From Nitrososphaeria archaeon (GTDB lineage Archaea; Thermoproteota; Nitrososphaeria; JACIWG01), in NCBI GenBank assembly GCA_050011875.1, contig JBEKIG010000029.1, positions 1 to 13,027 on the forward strand: a stretch of 13,027 nucleotides of DNA. Direction: 5' to 3'. Below, in pieces: positions 1 through 7,716 of this stretch. The notes below the pieces were generated by a model. The model saw nothing but the letters and a program-made list of their open reading frames with translations, had not been told where the DNA came from and did no database searches. How positions within the stretch are numbered: the first letter of the stretch is position 1; each line of letters opens with the position of its first letter. Both the position numbers and the translations under genes were made by a program.

Positions 1-297
1 GATGAATCCATGGACGTCTGGGCCTGCCACGGCATGGCCAGCAGTTGGGGAATGATCGCCACCGGGCTCTTTGCCACCCTGGAGGTGAACGCGGCCGGGG
101 CCAACGGCCTGTTCTTCGGAAACCCGGGCCAACTGGCTTTGCAGGCCCTGGCTACGGTAGTCACCATGGCCTTCGCCTTCGGGATGACCTTTGTGATAGC
201 CAAAATCCTGGATATGAGCATCGGCCTCAAGGTCACCCCCATGGAAGAGGAGGTGGGCCTGGATATCAGCACCCACGGCGAGCGGGCCTATTCTTAA
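1..297 (+). CDS. amtB: Ammonium transporter (Amt family), C-terminal part; gene starts upstream of the window
   Basis: Frame 1 is open from base 1: DESMDVWACHG (Amt DD-L-V---HG motif), hydrophobic helices, and the conserved C-terminus EEEVGLDISTHGERAYS. TAA at 295-297. Next to a P-II gene once the insertion is removed. Confidence 0.93.
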   Translation, partial: DESMDVWACHGMASSWGMIATGLFATLEVNAAGANGLFFGNPGQLALQALATVVTMAFAFGMTFVIAKILDMSIGLKVTPMEEEVGLDISTHGERAYS

Positions 298-1994
298 GAG
301 CCTTCATGCATATCTTCTGCCACCTTTTCTCTTTTTGGCGCAAGTTCTGGATATTCTTGTGAAATAACTTTTCCGATATTGGCCGTAATTTCTTTGTTTC
401 CTTCTAAGGGGCTTGATAATAAGAAGTCTGCAAAAGCATATGAATCCCCAGTCCTTGCTGCAATATAACCTTCTACCGCTCCTAACTTCCCATATGCGTA
501 AAATCGGTATCCCTTGGGTTTTCCCCCAAGCTCTTGAATGTAAATCCCATATCGTTTCCCCATTTCGTCTTTACCGCCAAATAGCAGATGGATAATTTTT
601 TTCTTTTCCTCAAAGGGTAATTTTTCAAAAGGCACACCTGACCTTAAATAATCTTCCTTTTGCCTCAGGATAAGCTTTGCCCACATCCCCCGCTCAGTCT
701 CTATTTCCTTATCAGTAGGCAATGAATTTAATCGTAATAGAATTGAATCAATTTCTTCCTTTATATTTGTGGCTTTATCCTCTAAATCATTCCATTCTGG
801 TTTAATTCTCTTTCTGATTTTGATACCATCATCTTCATCTTCACATTCTTTTAGCATCGAAAGTAAGTTTTTAATTCTTTTCTCGGTAGCTTTAAGTTCA
901 CCTTGTTTAGATTTAAGCTTTATCCTAAGGTCTTCTGCCACCTTCCCAAGTGGGTTTCCATTAAAAACAGCCTCCCGCAAACTTGCTTTTCTGCCAAGCA
1001 CCGAAAGTAATTCATCTAAGACAGCTTTTTCCAGTGCATCGGCATTTACGTGGTATCTACGTTTGCAACCTTGGTAGGGTTTATAGTACCTTGTTCCTTT
1101 TTTATTTGATGTTCCAGTTAAGGCGAAGCCGCTATCCGTATCGAAAATTAAACGTGAGAAAAGGTATTGATGTTTTTGCGTCTTATGGTCATAAGTTCTA
1201 CGGGCTTCACATTTCCTCCTAATTGCAATAATTGTCTCCTTGGAAAGAAGGGGAGGAATGTTTAATGTATGTGTTTCATCAATATTAAAGTCTTCATCTT
1301 TAAAATGAATAGACCAATTATCCCCGGAACGATAGCATACTATTTTATGAAGATTTGGGCCATTCATCCCAAATCGTTCGCCAAGCTGTTTCCATGAGTA
1401 ATTCTCTTCAAGGTAGAGTCTGGCAGCTTCATTTATTATGGCTTGCTTCTTTTCGTCAATTTCCCAAGCCAGAGTGACCTTATTCCAAATCCGGCCAAAG
1501 GGCTTCTTTCCACAAGAAGGGCGGCCATCTTTAGCCCGTTTAACTCGGTTAATGGCCGACTTATACTTTTGCTGTTTTGCAAAGAATTCTTGAATTTCAA
1601 CACCCATACCAAGGATAAGGCAGGAATTTGGATTATATAAGTTATGCTCCATGGTTCCTTCAAAAAATCTTATCCCCAAATTCTGTAAAATCTTTGTATA
1701 TTGTTTTGATTTCGCATTATCCCGTGACCATCTTGATAAATCCGCAACCATGATTGCGTTAAATTTCTTTTCCTTAGCGTCCTGCATTAGCTGTTCTAAG
1801 ATTTTGCGCTCATAGTTTTGTGTGGCATGTTCATGTCCCTCATACCATTTGTAAATTCTGCCATTAAAACTTTGTATCGCCTGGAGAAGTTGCTCCTTTT
1901 GGGTTCGCAAGCTTTCACCTTGTTTAGCCTGTTGCTCTGTTGATACACGAATTAGAGGGGCAAACAACAAGCTTGTATTATCTTCCTGTTTCAT
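294..1994 (-). CDS. Large serine recombinase (integrase), 566 aa in the integrated state
   Basis: IRVSTEQQ catalytic Ser motif, DLSRWSRD, KPFG start of the recombinase domain, degenerate zinc-ribbon region (YLFSRLIFDTDSG...RYYKP) and a coiled coil. RBS AAGGGG upstream. Confidence 0.95.
   Translation of the reverse strand: MKQEDNTSLLFAPLIRVSTEQQAKQGESLRTQKEQLLQAIQSFNGRIYKWYEGHEHATQNYERKILEQLMQDAKEKKFNAIMVADLSRWSRDNAKSKQYTKILQNLGIRFFEGTMEHNLYNPNSCLILGMGVEIQEFFAKQQKYKSAINRVKRAKDGRPSCGKKPFGRIWNKVTLAWEIDEKKQAIINEAARLYLEENYSWKQLGERFGMNGPNLHKIVCYRSGDNWSIHFKDEDFNIDETHTLNIPPLLSKETIIAIRRKCEARRTYDHKTQKHQYLFSRLIFDTDSGFALTGTSNKKGTRYYKPYQGCKRRYHVNADALEKAVLDELLSVLGRKASLREAVFNGNPLGKVAEDLRIKLKSKQGELKATEKRIKNLLSMLKECEDEDDGIKIRKRIKPEWNDLEDKATNIKEEIDSILLRLNSLPTDKEIETERGMWAKLILRQKEDYLRSGVPFEKLPFEEKKKIIHLLFGGKDEMGKRYGIYIQELGGKPKGYRFYAYGKLGAVEGYIAARTGDSYAFADFLLSSPLEGNKEITANIGKVISQEYPELAPKREKVAEDMHEGS
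298..326. other. Left attachment junction: GAGC core plus attP arm TGCATATCTTCTGCCACCTT (307-326)
   Basis: Reverse complement of 307-326 (AAGGTGGCAGAAGATATGCA) matches 8940-8959 (AAGGTGGAAGAACATATGCA) at 18/20. Confidence 0.85.
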
Positions 1995-2038
1995 TAAAAT
2001 ATCCCCTTAAATTAAGCAATTGTTGACGTAGTTTAAGG

Positions 2039-2329
2039 TTATGTTGATTCTGATTCGCCTTCTTTCAGAGGAAACCTCTTTGCATTCGTAAGGTATTCTT
2101 CTAAATCATCTTCATCAACAAGTATTCTTTTTCCCAACTTTATGACTGGGAAGGGAACGTTGCCACGGTTAACCCAACTTCTGAAAGTCCCCTGACTGAT
2201 ACGTAAAACCTTTGAGACTTCTTCTACTGTCAGATACTTCTTGTTTAGTATAGATTTGTCTTGCAAGGCGTTAGCCAAATCCTTAAGTGGGGTTTCCCTA
2301 TCTGATTGACCAAGCTTATCACCTAACAT
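2039..2329 (-). CDS. HTH_17/excisionase-like DNA-binding protein, candidate directionality factor or regulator
   Basis: KYLTVEEVSKVLRISQGTFRSWVNRGNVPFPVIKLGKRILVDEDDLEEYL is a typical excisionase-family HTH. ATG at 2329 lies 2 nt after the upstream stop; the ORF-track start at 2377 is the alternative. Confidence 0.85.
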   Translation of the reverse strand: MLGDKLGQSDRETPLKDLANALQDKSILNKKYLTVEEVSKVLRISQGTFRSWVNRGNVPFPVIKLGKRILVDEDDLEEYLTNAKRFPLKEGESEST

Positions 2330-2331
2330 TT

Positions 2332-3006
2332 CTATAAGCTCGCCATTAGAATGTTTTTTATAGTTGTCGGATACCATTGATTTTTACCCCTCTTAGTTCT
2401 AATACCACGGGTCTTAAATTTCTCTCCAATAGCCTGCAAAGTGTACCCCCTTCCTCTTAATTCCTTTGCTAATTTGATAACCTCTTGTTCAGGCAAGAAC
2501 GGAATTAACTCGCTACCTTCTATCTTGTAGCCGAACGGGATATGACCCACGTGCTCACCGTTTTCAATTTTCCATTTCAATGCATCACTTGTTCTCTCTC
2601 CTATTATACCCCGTTCCATTTCAGCAATTCCCGCTATGAGGGTGAAAAAAAACCTTCCCAAAGGGGACTTAGTATCTAATCTCTCATTGATGCTATGGAA
2701 TCCAACCCCACACTTATCAAGCTCGCTTGTCACCTCCAAGGCGTCTATAGTTGACCTGAATGCCCTATCAAGCTTGTATACCACGATTGCCCCAATTTCC
2801 TTATTCCGGGCCAGATGAAGAATTTTATTTATTCCTGGCCGATTCAGGTTCTTTGCAGATAGGCCAGCATCGGTAAAAATCTCCAAAAGCTCAAAATCGT
2901 TTAGCTCACAGTAAGCTTTAATCTTGGCTTCTTGGTTTTCCAGGCTAACACCTTCCCTGGCCTGTTCCTCAGTTGATACCCTAACATACCCCACAGCTTT
3001 TTTCAT
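2332..3006 (-). CDS. Short serine recombinase, 224 aa (catalytic domain plus recombinase-type DNA-binding domain)
   Basis: GYVRVSTEEQ, VVYKLDRAFRS, IAEMERGIIGERT, then IPFGY...QWYPTTIKNIL. RBS AAGGAG. Confidence 0.93.
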   Translation of the reverse strand: MKKAVGYVRVSTEEQAREGVSLENQEAKIKAYCELNDFELLEIFTDAGLSAKNLNRPGINKILHLARNKEIGAIVVYKLDRAFRSTIDALEVTSELDKCGVGFHSINERLDTKSPLGRFFFTLIAGIAEMERGIIGERTSDALKWKIENGEHVGHIPFGYKIEGSELIPFLPEQEVIKLAKELRGRGYTLQAIGEKFKTRGIRTKRGKNQWYPTTIKNILMASL

Positions 3007-3035
3007 CTAATTTGCTCCTTGACCTTTTTTCTCTG

Positions 3036-3064
3036 TATATATGTCTGTTTGCGTTGCATGTCAA
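3036..3064 (-). promoter_or_regulatory. Candidate sigma70 promoter for the recombinase-HTH-integrase operon
   Basis: Minus strand TTGACA (3064-3059), 17 nt, TATATA (3041-3036), about 30 nt upstream of the ATG at 3006. Confidence 0.65.
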
Positions 3065-3072
3065 GCTTTTTG

Positions 3073-3096
3073 TATAGAAACCGAACGGTTTTTATA
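3073..3096. repeat. Palindrome TATAGAAACCG-AA-CGGTTTTTATA, candidate crossover/binding site for the short serine recombinase
   Basis: 11-bp arms with 10/11 symmetry around a 2-bp centre, immediately upstream of the recombinase promoter. Confidence 0.55.
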
Positions 3097-3217
3097 AATT
3101 AACTGGTTTCGGTGCTAAAATGGATAACCCCCAATCTTCTAAAGAGACAGATTACCATCAAAATTATCTATGAAGACAGCGACGCCCTGTGGTAAAATTC
3201 ATATTGAGGTGGATAAT

Positions 3218-3409
3218 ATGTCTGAAAAATGGGCTGTAGCCTTTGAATGTGACCTCAGCAAAGGGGTATGTGTACTGGCAAAGAAAAATGCCGGGGAGGG
3301 TGAGGTTGCCCTGTTTGACTCCAAGGAAGAAGCGGAAGAATGAGTCAACTCAAGTGGAGAGATAGATTCAGAGCTATGGGATATAAACTATGTGAAATTT
3401 GACGTTTAA
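3218..3409 (+). pseudogene. Small 63-codon gene with an in-frame TGA at codon 42 (3341-3343)
   Basis: RBS GAGGTGG, ATG 3218, MSEKWAVAFECDLSKGVCVLAKKNAGEGEVALFDSKEEAEE*VNSSGEIDSELWDINYVKFDV. Its partial second copy at 4140-4200 differs mostly at synonymous positions. Confidence 0.6.
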
Positions 3410-3498
3410 GTGAGAGTACAGCTTCGCAGCTAACTTGCTGGGATTGTGGACTTTTTTTTAGGAAAAGCAGTAAAAACAACCTGGGTAATGAGGGAATT

Positions 3499-4134
3499 AT
3501 GGGAACCATAATCGAAAACTTAAAGACTCTGAACGCAAGGGAACGATTCTATGTTATTAGATATGCGTTGGGCATCACAGAATTTAAATTGGATACGAAG
3601 TTTCGTGAACAACTTGATAAGTTGTTAGAATTAAGAATTCATCGTGATGCCTTTGTAGCAATGGATTATACTATTGATTGGGTATACGCAAGCTTGAAAT
3701 GGGCAAAGGGTGAACAAGACGTTTACGATAAAGCTGATATGGTACAATTGAATGAAAAAGGGCATGATATTGACTTGTTAGTTGCATATGAGGATGATGT
3801 GAATGATAAGTTAACGCACATTATTTTTATTGAAGCTAAAGGTGTGACACCATGGAAAACTGCCGAGATGAAACCAAAGGTTGAACGACTGAAACTTTTG
3901 TTTCATGATAATAGGGAGCAAGCTGTCCCTCATTTGGTTCTCTTATCACCTAATCAGCCAACGCAATTAGACAAAAAAATACTTGCCTCATGGATGCTTA
4001 AAAATAACGGAGATTATTCATGGATGAAGCTTGATATCCAACCGGGATTGAAGGGTGTAATGCGCTGCGGCGGCGAAAAAAATGAAAGTAATTGCAACGG
4101 CAATTGCTGGAGATTATACGATAGGCAATATTAG
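3499..4134 (+). CDS. Putative PD-(D/E)XK-superfamily nuclease
   Basis: HDIDLLVAY...HIIFIEAKG fits D-x(n)-E-x-K, with a downstream beta strand PHLVLLSP. RBS GAGGG. Confidence 0.7.
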   Translation: MGTIIENLKTLNARERFYVIRYALGITEFKLDTKFREQLDKLLELRIHRDAFVAMDYTIDWVYASLKWAKGEQDVYDKADMVQLNEKGHDIDLLVAYEDDVNDKLTHIIFIEAKGVTPWKTAEMKPKVERLKLLFHDNREQAVPHLVLLSPNQPTQLDKKILASWMLKNNGDYSWMKLDIQPGLKGVMRCGGEKNESNCNGNCWRLYDRQY

Positions 4135-4139
4135 ATATG

Positions 4140-4200
4140 TGCGACCTGAGCAAAGGGGTGTGTGTCCTGGCAAGGAAAGACGCCGGAGAAGGTGAGGTTG
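4140..4200 (+). repeat. Diverged 61-bp direct repeat of 3248-3308 (gene fragment)
   Basis: 52/61 identical; translates as CDLSKGVCVLARKDAGEGEV versus CDLSKGVCVLAKKNAGEGEV. Confidence 0.9.
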
Positions 4201-4463
4201 GGGAGAAGTCTCCGGTCACCCGAAGGGTAGGTGGACTACAGTTCAGAAGATTAAGCCAGGGGATTATCTTCTGGCCTATCTGACTAAAATTTCTCGTCTT
4301 GTGGGAATCTTGGAAGTGGTTTCAGACCCCTACTATTATGACGATGACAAAAATCGAATTTGGTAAGATGGTATATACCCTTGCCGTCTAAGAGTAAAAA
4401 TCATAACAAGTCTTACTCCGCTGAATTGGAACGGCTGTTTCCGGGATAAAAGGAGGAAATAAG

Positions 4464-4934
4464 ATGTTAAAGAAAGTGATTATGTTATTGGGAATTTTGT
4501 TAATGGGTTGGGCATCAGTTTCTTATTGTCAGAACGTTGGTGAGAATGCTGGGATAATAACTTATCCGCCAGAGAATACGGAAATGAATATATTTGTGCA
4601 ACTTGTAGCTAAAGCGTGTTATACTCAGTTGGATACCTTTTTAGCTGCTTTGAAAAAACCTAAGGAAGCGGGTTATCAAATTACGTTTACTAAGTTTAAA
4701 AGAACGAATAAGTATAAACGTAATCTTGGGGGGGAAGATTATTCTGTGATTGAGTATGGCTCCACTTTAGAGTGTTTTTATCCAAATGATAAACCCCCAT
4801 TCACACGAGTAATTTCATTTACTAGTTTTACGGTAGCATATATTCAGCGTGGTAATTCTTGGTACGGGAGTGTTATTGCTGGGGATGTTAAGGATTCAAC
4901 GGGTTCAATTACGAACGTGTATGGGAGGTATTAA
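4464..4934 (+). CDS. Hypothetical exported protein
   Basis: Strong RBS AAAGGAGG; N-terminus MLKKVIMLLGILLMGWASVSYC resembles a signal peptide; no recognisable domain. Confidence 0.75.
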   Translation: MLKKVIMLLGILLMGWASVSYCQNVGENAGIITYPPENTEMNIFVQLVAKACYTQLDTFLAALKKPKEAGYQITFTKFKRTNKYKRNLGGEDYSVIEYGSTLECFYPNDKPPFTRVISFTSFTVAYIQRGNSWYGSVIAGDVKDSTGSITNVYGRY

Positions 4935-5428
4935 TGGATTGTAATTGTTGGGAATGTGAGCATAAAAGGGAGCTTTGGCTTAATAAGTTTGAGAAGTTGT
5001 GGGAATTGACAATATTTGGTTCAGGAATTTGAAAAACTGGATGGAAACTTAACAGCTCTTCATATCTCTGCTGGCAGCCCTGCTCGTCTTCATGATACCG
5101 CAAGATGATTCCCTTATCCCACAAATAGGAAGGCGATGTCAATAGGTTTGCAAGAGGCTCAGACGTGAGAAATCCGGGTGGGGTTTTAACCTTCCCCTTA
5201 GGCATAATTTTTATACTGTAAATCGCACTTAAAACGCTCAGAATGGCACGATTTGATGAAGGGCAAGGGCAAGGGTAGGAGGGAAAACCATTGAAAGCTG
5301 ACCTGAAAAGTGGTTTAATAATATTAGGAAGTGTCTTCCGCCAAGATGCACAATCTATCTTCCTTCAGATATGAGTATCTCTTAAAACCTATAATAACGA
5401 CAAAGCCGTACTTGGAATTGACAATGTG

Positions 5429-6310
5429 ATGAAGCAGTACAAAAGATTAAACTATTCTGAAATGAAAAGAAGGATATTAAACCTTCAACAGCTTTCTAAA
5501 CGCAACGCAGAGCCTGGAGAATATCTGCCCATATTAAAATTGATGTTTACTAAGATGCCTCTACATGGAACAACAATAAAAAATGATTTTATATACCATG
5601 CCAGAATGAATCTTAATGGAAAGCTATTTGACAATCTTGGCGAACTAAAGTATCCGTTAAAAGAGGATATTAAAGCTAAAGGTCGGCTAAACGACATTGG
5701 TGAAAATATCCTATATGTAGCCCTTGGTGAGCTTGAAACATTAATTGAGGTTGCGATACAATTTAATAAGCTATTTACAATATCAACAATTAGGCATAAT
5801 CTTAAAGAAGGCATTTTCATTCCACTTGGAATAATAGACAGAGAATATAGCGTTATTCCACAATCAAAAAGAGAAGAACTATTAATAACTTATCTGAATT
5901 CCGAAATCACAAAAATCGTATCAAATCCTATTGAATATAATTCAACAATAGCCATATCACATTTTATCCTAAATCAACCTGTAAAAAATTATAAGTTAGG
6001 AAGGCTTGCTGGTATAATCTATCCAAGCGTGAAAAGCAAAACGATGACAAATGTAAGAACAAATAATATTGCAATTCCGCCTGAGATATTCGATTTATGC
6101 TTTGTTATTGAGAGAGTTAATGTATACTGTCTTACATATGAAAGCACTCATTATCAATTAAACGAAGTAAATAAGGTGATTCAAATTAATAGTGATGGGA
6201 CATTAAAATGGTTTTATGATTTCGCTGAGATGAAAGATAGGATTTCAAAGGGTCTTCTTGTGGAAAGGGGAACATGTAATAATCTTATAGGCGTGGAGAA
6301 ATACATATAA
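5429..6310 (+). CDS. RES-domain protein (NAD+-acting, ADP-ribosyltransferase-like fold)
   Basis: IYHAR...LKYP...KGRLN (R)...LYVALGELETLIEV (E)...GIIYPSV (S)...NIAI follow RES motif order. Start at ATG 5429 or GTG 5426. Confidence 0.8.
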   Translation: MKQYKRLNYSEMKRRILNLQQLSKRNAEPGEYLPILKLMFTKMPLHGTTIKNDFIYHARMNLNGKLFDNLGELKYPLKEDIKAKGRLNDIGENILYVALGELETLIEVAIQFNKLFTISTIRHNLKEGIFIPLGIIDREYSVIPQSKREELLITYLNSEITKIVSNPIEYNSTIAISHFILNQPVKNYKLGRLAGIIYPSVKSKTMTNVRTNNIAIPPEIFDLCFVIERVNVYCLTYESTHYQLNEVNKVIQINSDGTLKWFYDFAEMKDRISKGLLVERGTCNNLIGVEKYI

Positions 6311-6404
6311 CCATATATCCATAAGCACCTTTCACCTTTTTAGAAAATGGAGTAAATCAATCACACAAGATATACTGCAATAACAGTAGCCAACTTCGAA
6401 AAGC

Positions 6405-6953
6405 TTAAAGCTTATCGGAATCTCCTTTATCTTTCGCACGATAAAATAGTTTTAGGAGATTTTTGTCCATACCTAAACCTCTAAGCTCAGCAAATTTTAA
6501 TTCAATTATAGTTGTTGCAAAAATCCAAGTAGTTTCATAATCATTGGTTAGGGAATCCTTTCTTTCATTATCAAGTGGAGGTTGACCATATTTTTCAATC
6601 AACATTTTCTTTAGGTCATCAAAATTAGATAAGGATACCCTTTTGTCCAAGAGAGTTATGTTTATTCTTTTTAGAACTCTACTATAATCATCCATCACAA
6701 ATCTAACGCTAAACGGTAGGCCATTTAAATAAAAATTATTTATTCCAACGGAAGCATAAACGTTATCGTCGTACTTTTCACCTTTATCGAGTCGTATGGC
6801 CTCCCCTTTAAATGCCTCAAGTATCTGTGATTCTGTCATCCCCCACCGGGCTTGCCTCCAACCCTCAACATCCTTTGGGGGTTCTGCGACCGCTAATGAG
6901 ACAGACAGAATAACCAGTCCTATTGCCGCCAAAAGAATCTTCTTCCCAAGCAA
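6405..6953 (-). CDS. Hypothetical exported protein
   Basis: Signal-peptide-like KKILLAAIGLVILSVSLAVA, then GWRQARWGMTESQI and LIEKYGQP, reminiscent of small periplasmic proteins. TTG start is uncertain. Confidence 0.75.
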   Translation of the reverse strand: MLGKKILLAAIGLVILSVSLAVAEPPKDVEGWRQARWGMTESQILEAFKGEAIRLDKGEKYDDNVYASVGINNFYLNGLPFSVRFVMDDYSRVLKRINITLLDKRVSLSNFDDLKKMLIEKYGQPPLDNERKDSLTNDYETTWIFATTIIELKFAELRGLGMDKNLLKLFYRAKDKGDSDKL

Positions 6954-7231
6954 TGTAGATACCCAAGTAGGCTTTCCCTTTGTCTCCTTTGATAATTTTG
7001 GTTCTAATATGCCCGAATGGACACATAAAGCAATCAGGGTTTTCCTGAATTTGGCATGGGGAATTGATTAGATTTGGAAAAGAGGTAAGAAAGCCTGTGG
7101 GGCTTTCCATTCCCATGTAACCCCATCCGATGATTTCCACATCTGTCAATTTCACGGCCTGGGTTCGAAAATCTACGCAATTGTTATAACCAAAATAGCC
7201 TTATAATTCTGCAAATGGCCCGTTTGGGTTC

Positions 7232-7468
7232 GGGGAAGGGTAATTGGTTAAGTTAAGGGGAAGCTCGCCAAATTCGCCGGTTAAACGTGCATTCACTATA
7301 GCGATAAGGTAACTTTGCAACCTCAGATTACGGAATAAGATTTTCAAGCTACGGTGTAATGGGATAAGTGACTATTATTATTAGAAAAGAGTCCTTTTGT
7401 CACCAACCGTCTCAAATCACCAAATTAAGCAGGCAAAGGTCAACATTTAGAACAACTTACCCTTCCCC
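7232..7468. repeat. 18-bp inverted repeats bracketing about 200 bp of non-coding DNA
   Basis: GGGGAAGGGTAATTGGTT (7232-7249) versus AACAACTTACCCTTCCCC (7451-7468): 16/18 complementary, outer 12 perfect. Confidence 0.55.
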
Positions 7469-7657
7469 CACCCCCTCATTAGAAAGGAATGCCTCATTGC
7501 GTTAGTTAGCTGGCAACGATATGATTACAATTGCTAAAATACAAAATATATTTTGATATGAGAACAATCTATGATAGTATGCAATGAAGATAACATAGCA
7601 TAATCAACAAGTTGTTGGTCTGCATTGTGCTAATACGACAGTTTGTGATTACAGTTT

Positions 7658-7691
7658 GACCTTTTGGTTCCTTTTTATAGGAAACAAAGTC
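7658..7691. other. Hairpin just downstream of the rep-like gene (terminator or origin element)
   Basis: TTTGGTTCCT (7663-7672) pairs with AGGAAACAAA (7679-7688) at 9/10, with outer GAC/GTC. Confidence 0.35.
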
Positions 7692-7716
7692 GTTCACCAT
7701 ATTATCAATATTTACA

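Noticed and set aside
45-2818. Small alternative ORFs (45-362, 413-595, 769-1077, 983-1222, 1436-1663, 1443-1640, 2636-2818)
   Set aside because: Overlap amt or the recombinase genes in other frames or strands and show no motifs.
2332-3006. IS607-family transposase
   Set aside because: No N-terminal MerR-like HTH and no adjacent tnpB.
3248-4200. 61-bp diverged repeats as DGR template/variable repeats or integron attC sites
   Set aside because: No reverse transcriptase or integron integrase. Mismatches follow codon position, several do not involve adenine, and there are no attC-like ends.
4909-5205. 98-aa ORF whose start (PPGFLTSEPLANLLTSP) resembles ORF 6865-7155 (PTGFLTSFPNLINSP)
   Set aside because: Short gapped similarity, no recognisable domain, and both ORFs overlap better-supported genes. 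Chance or gene relics; cannot be supported.
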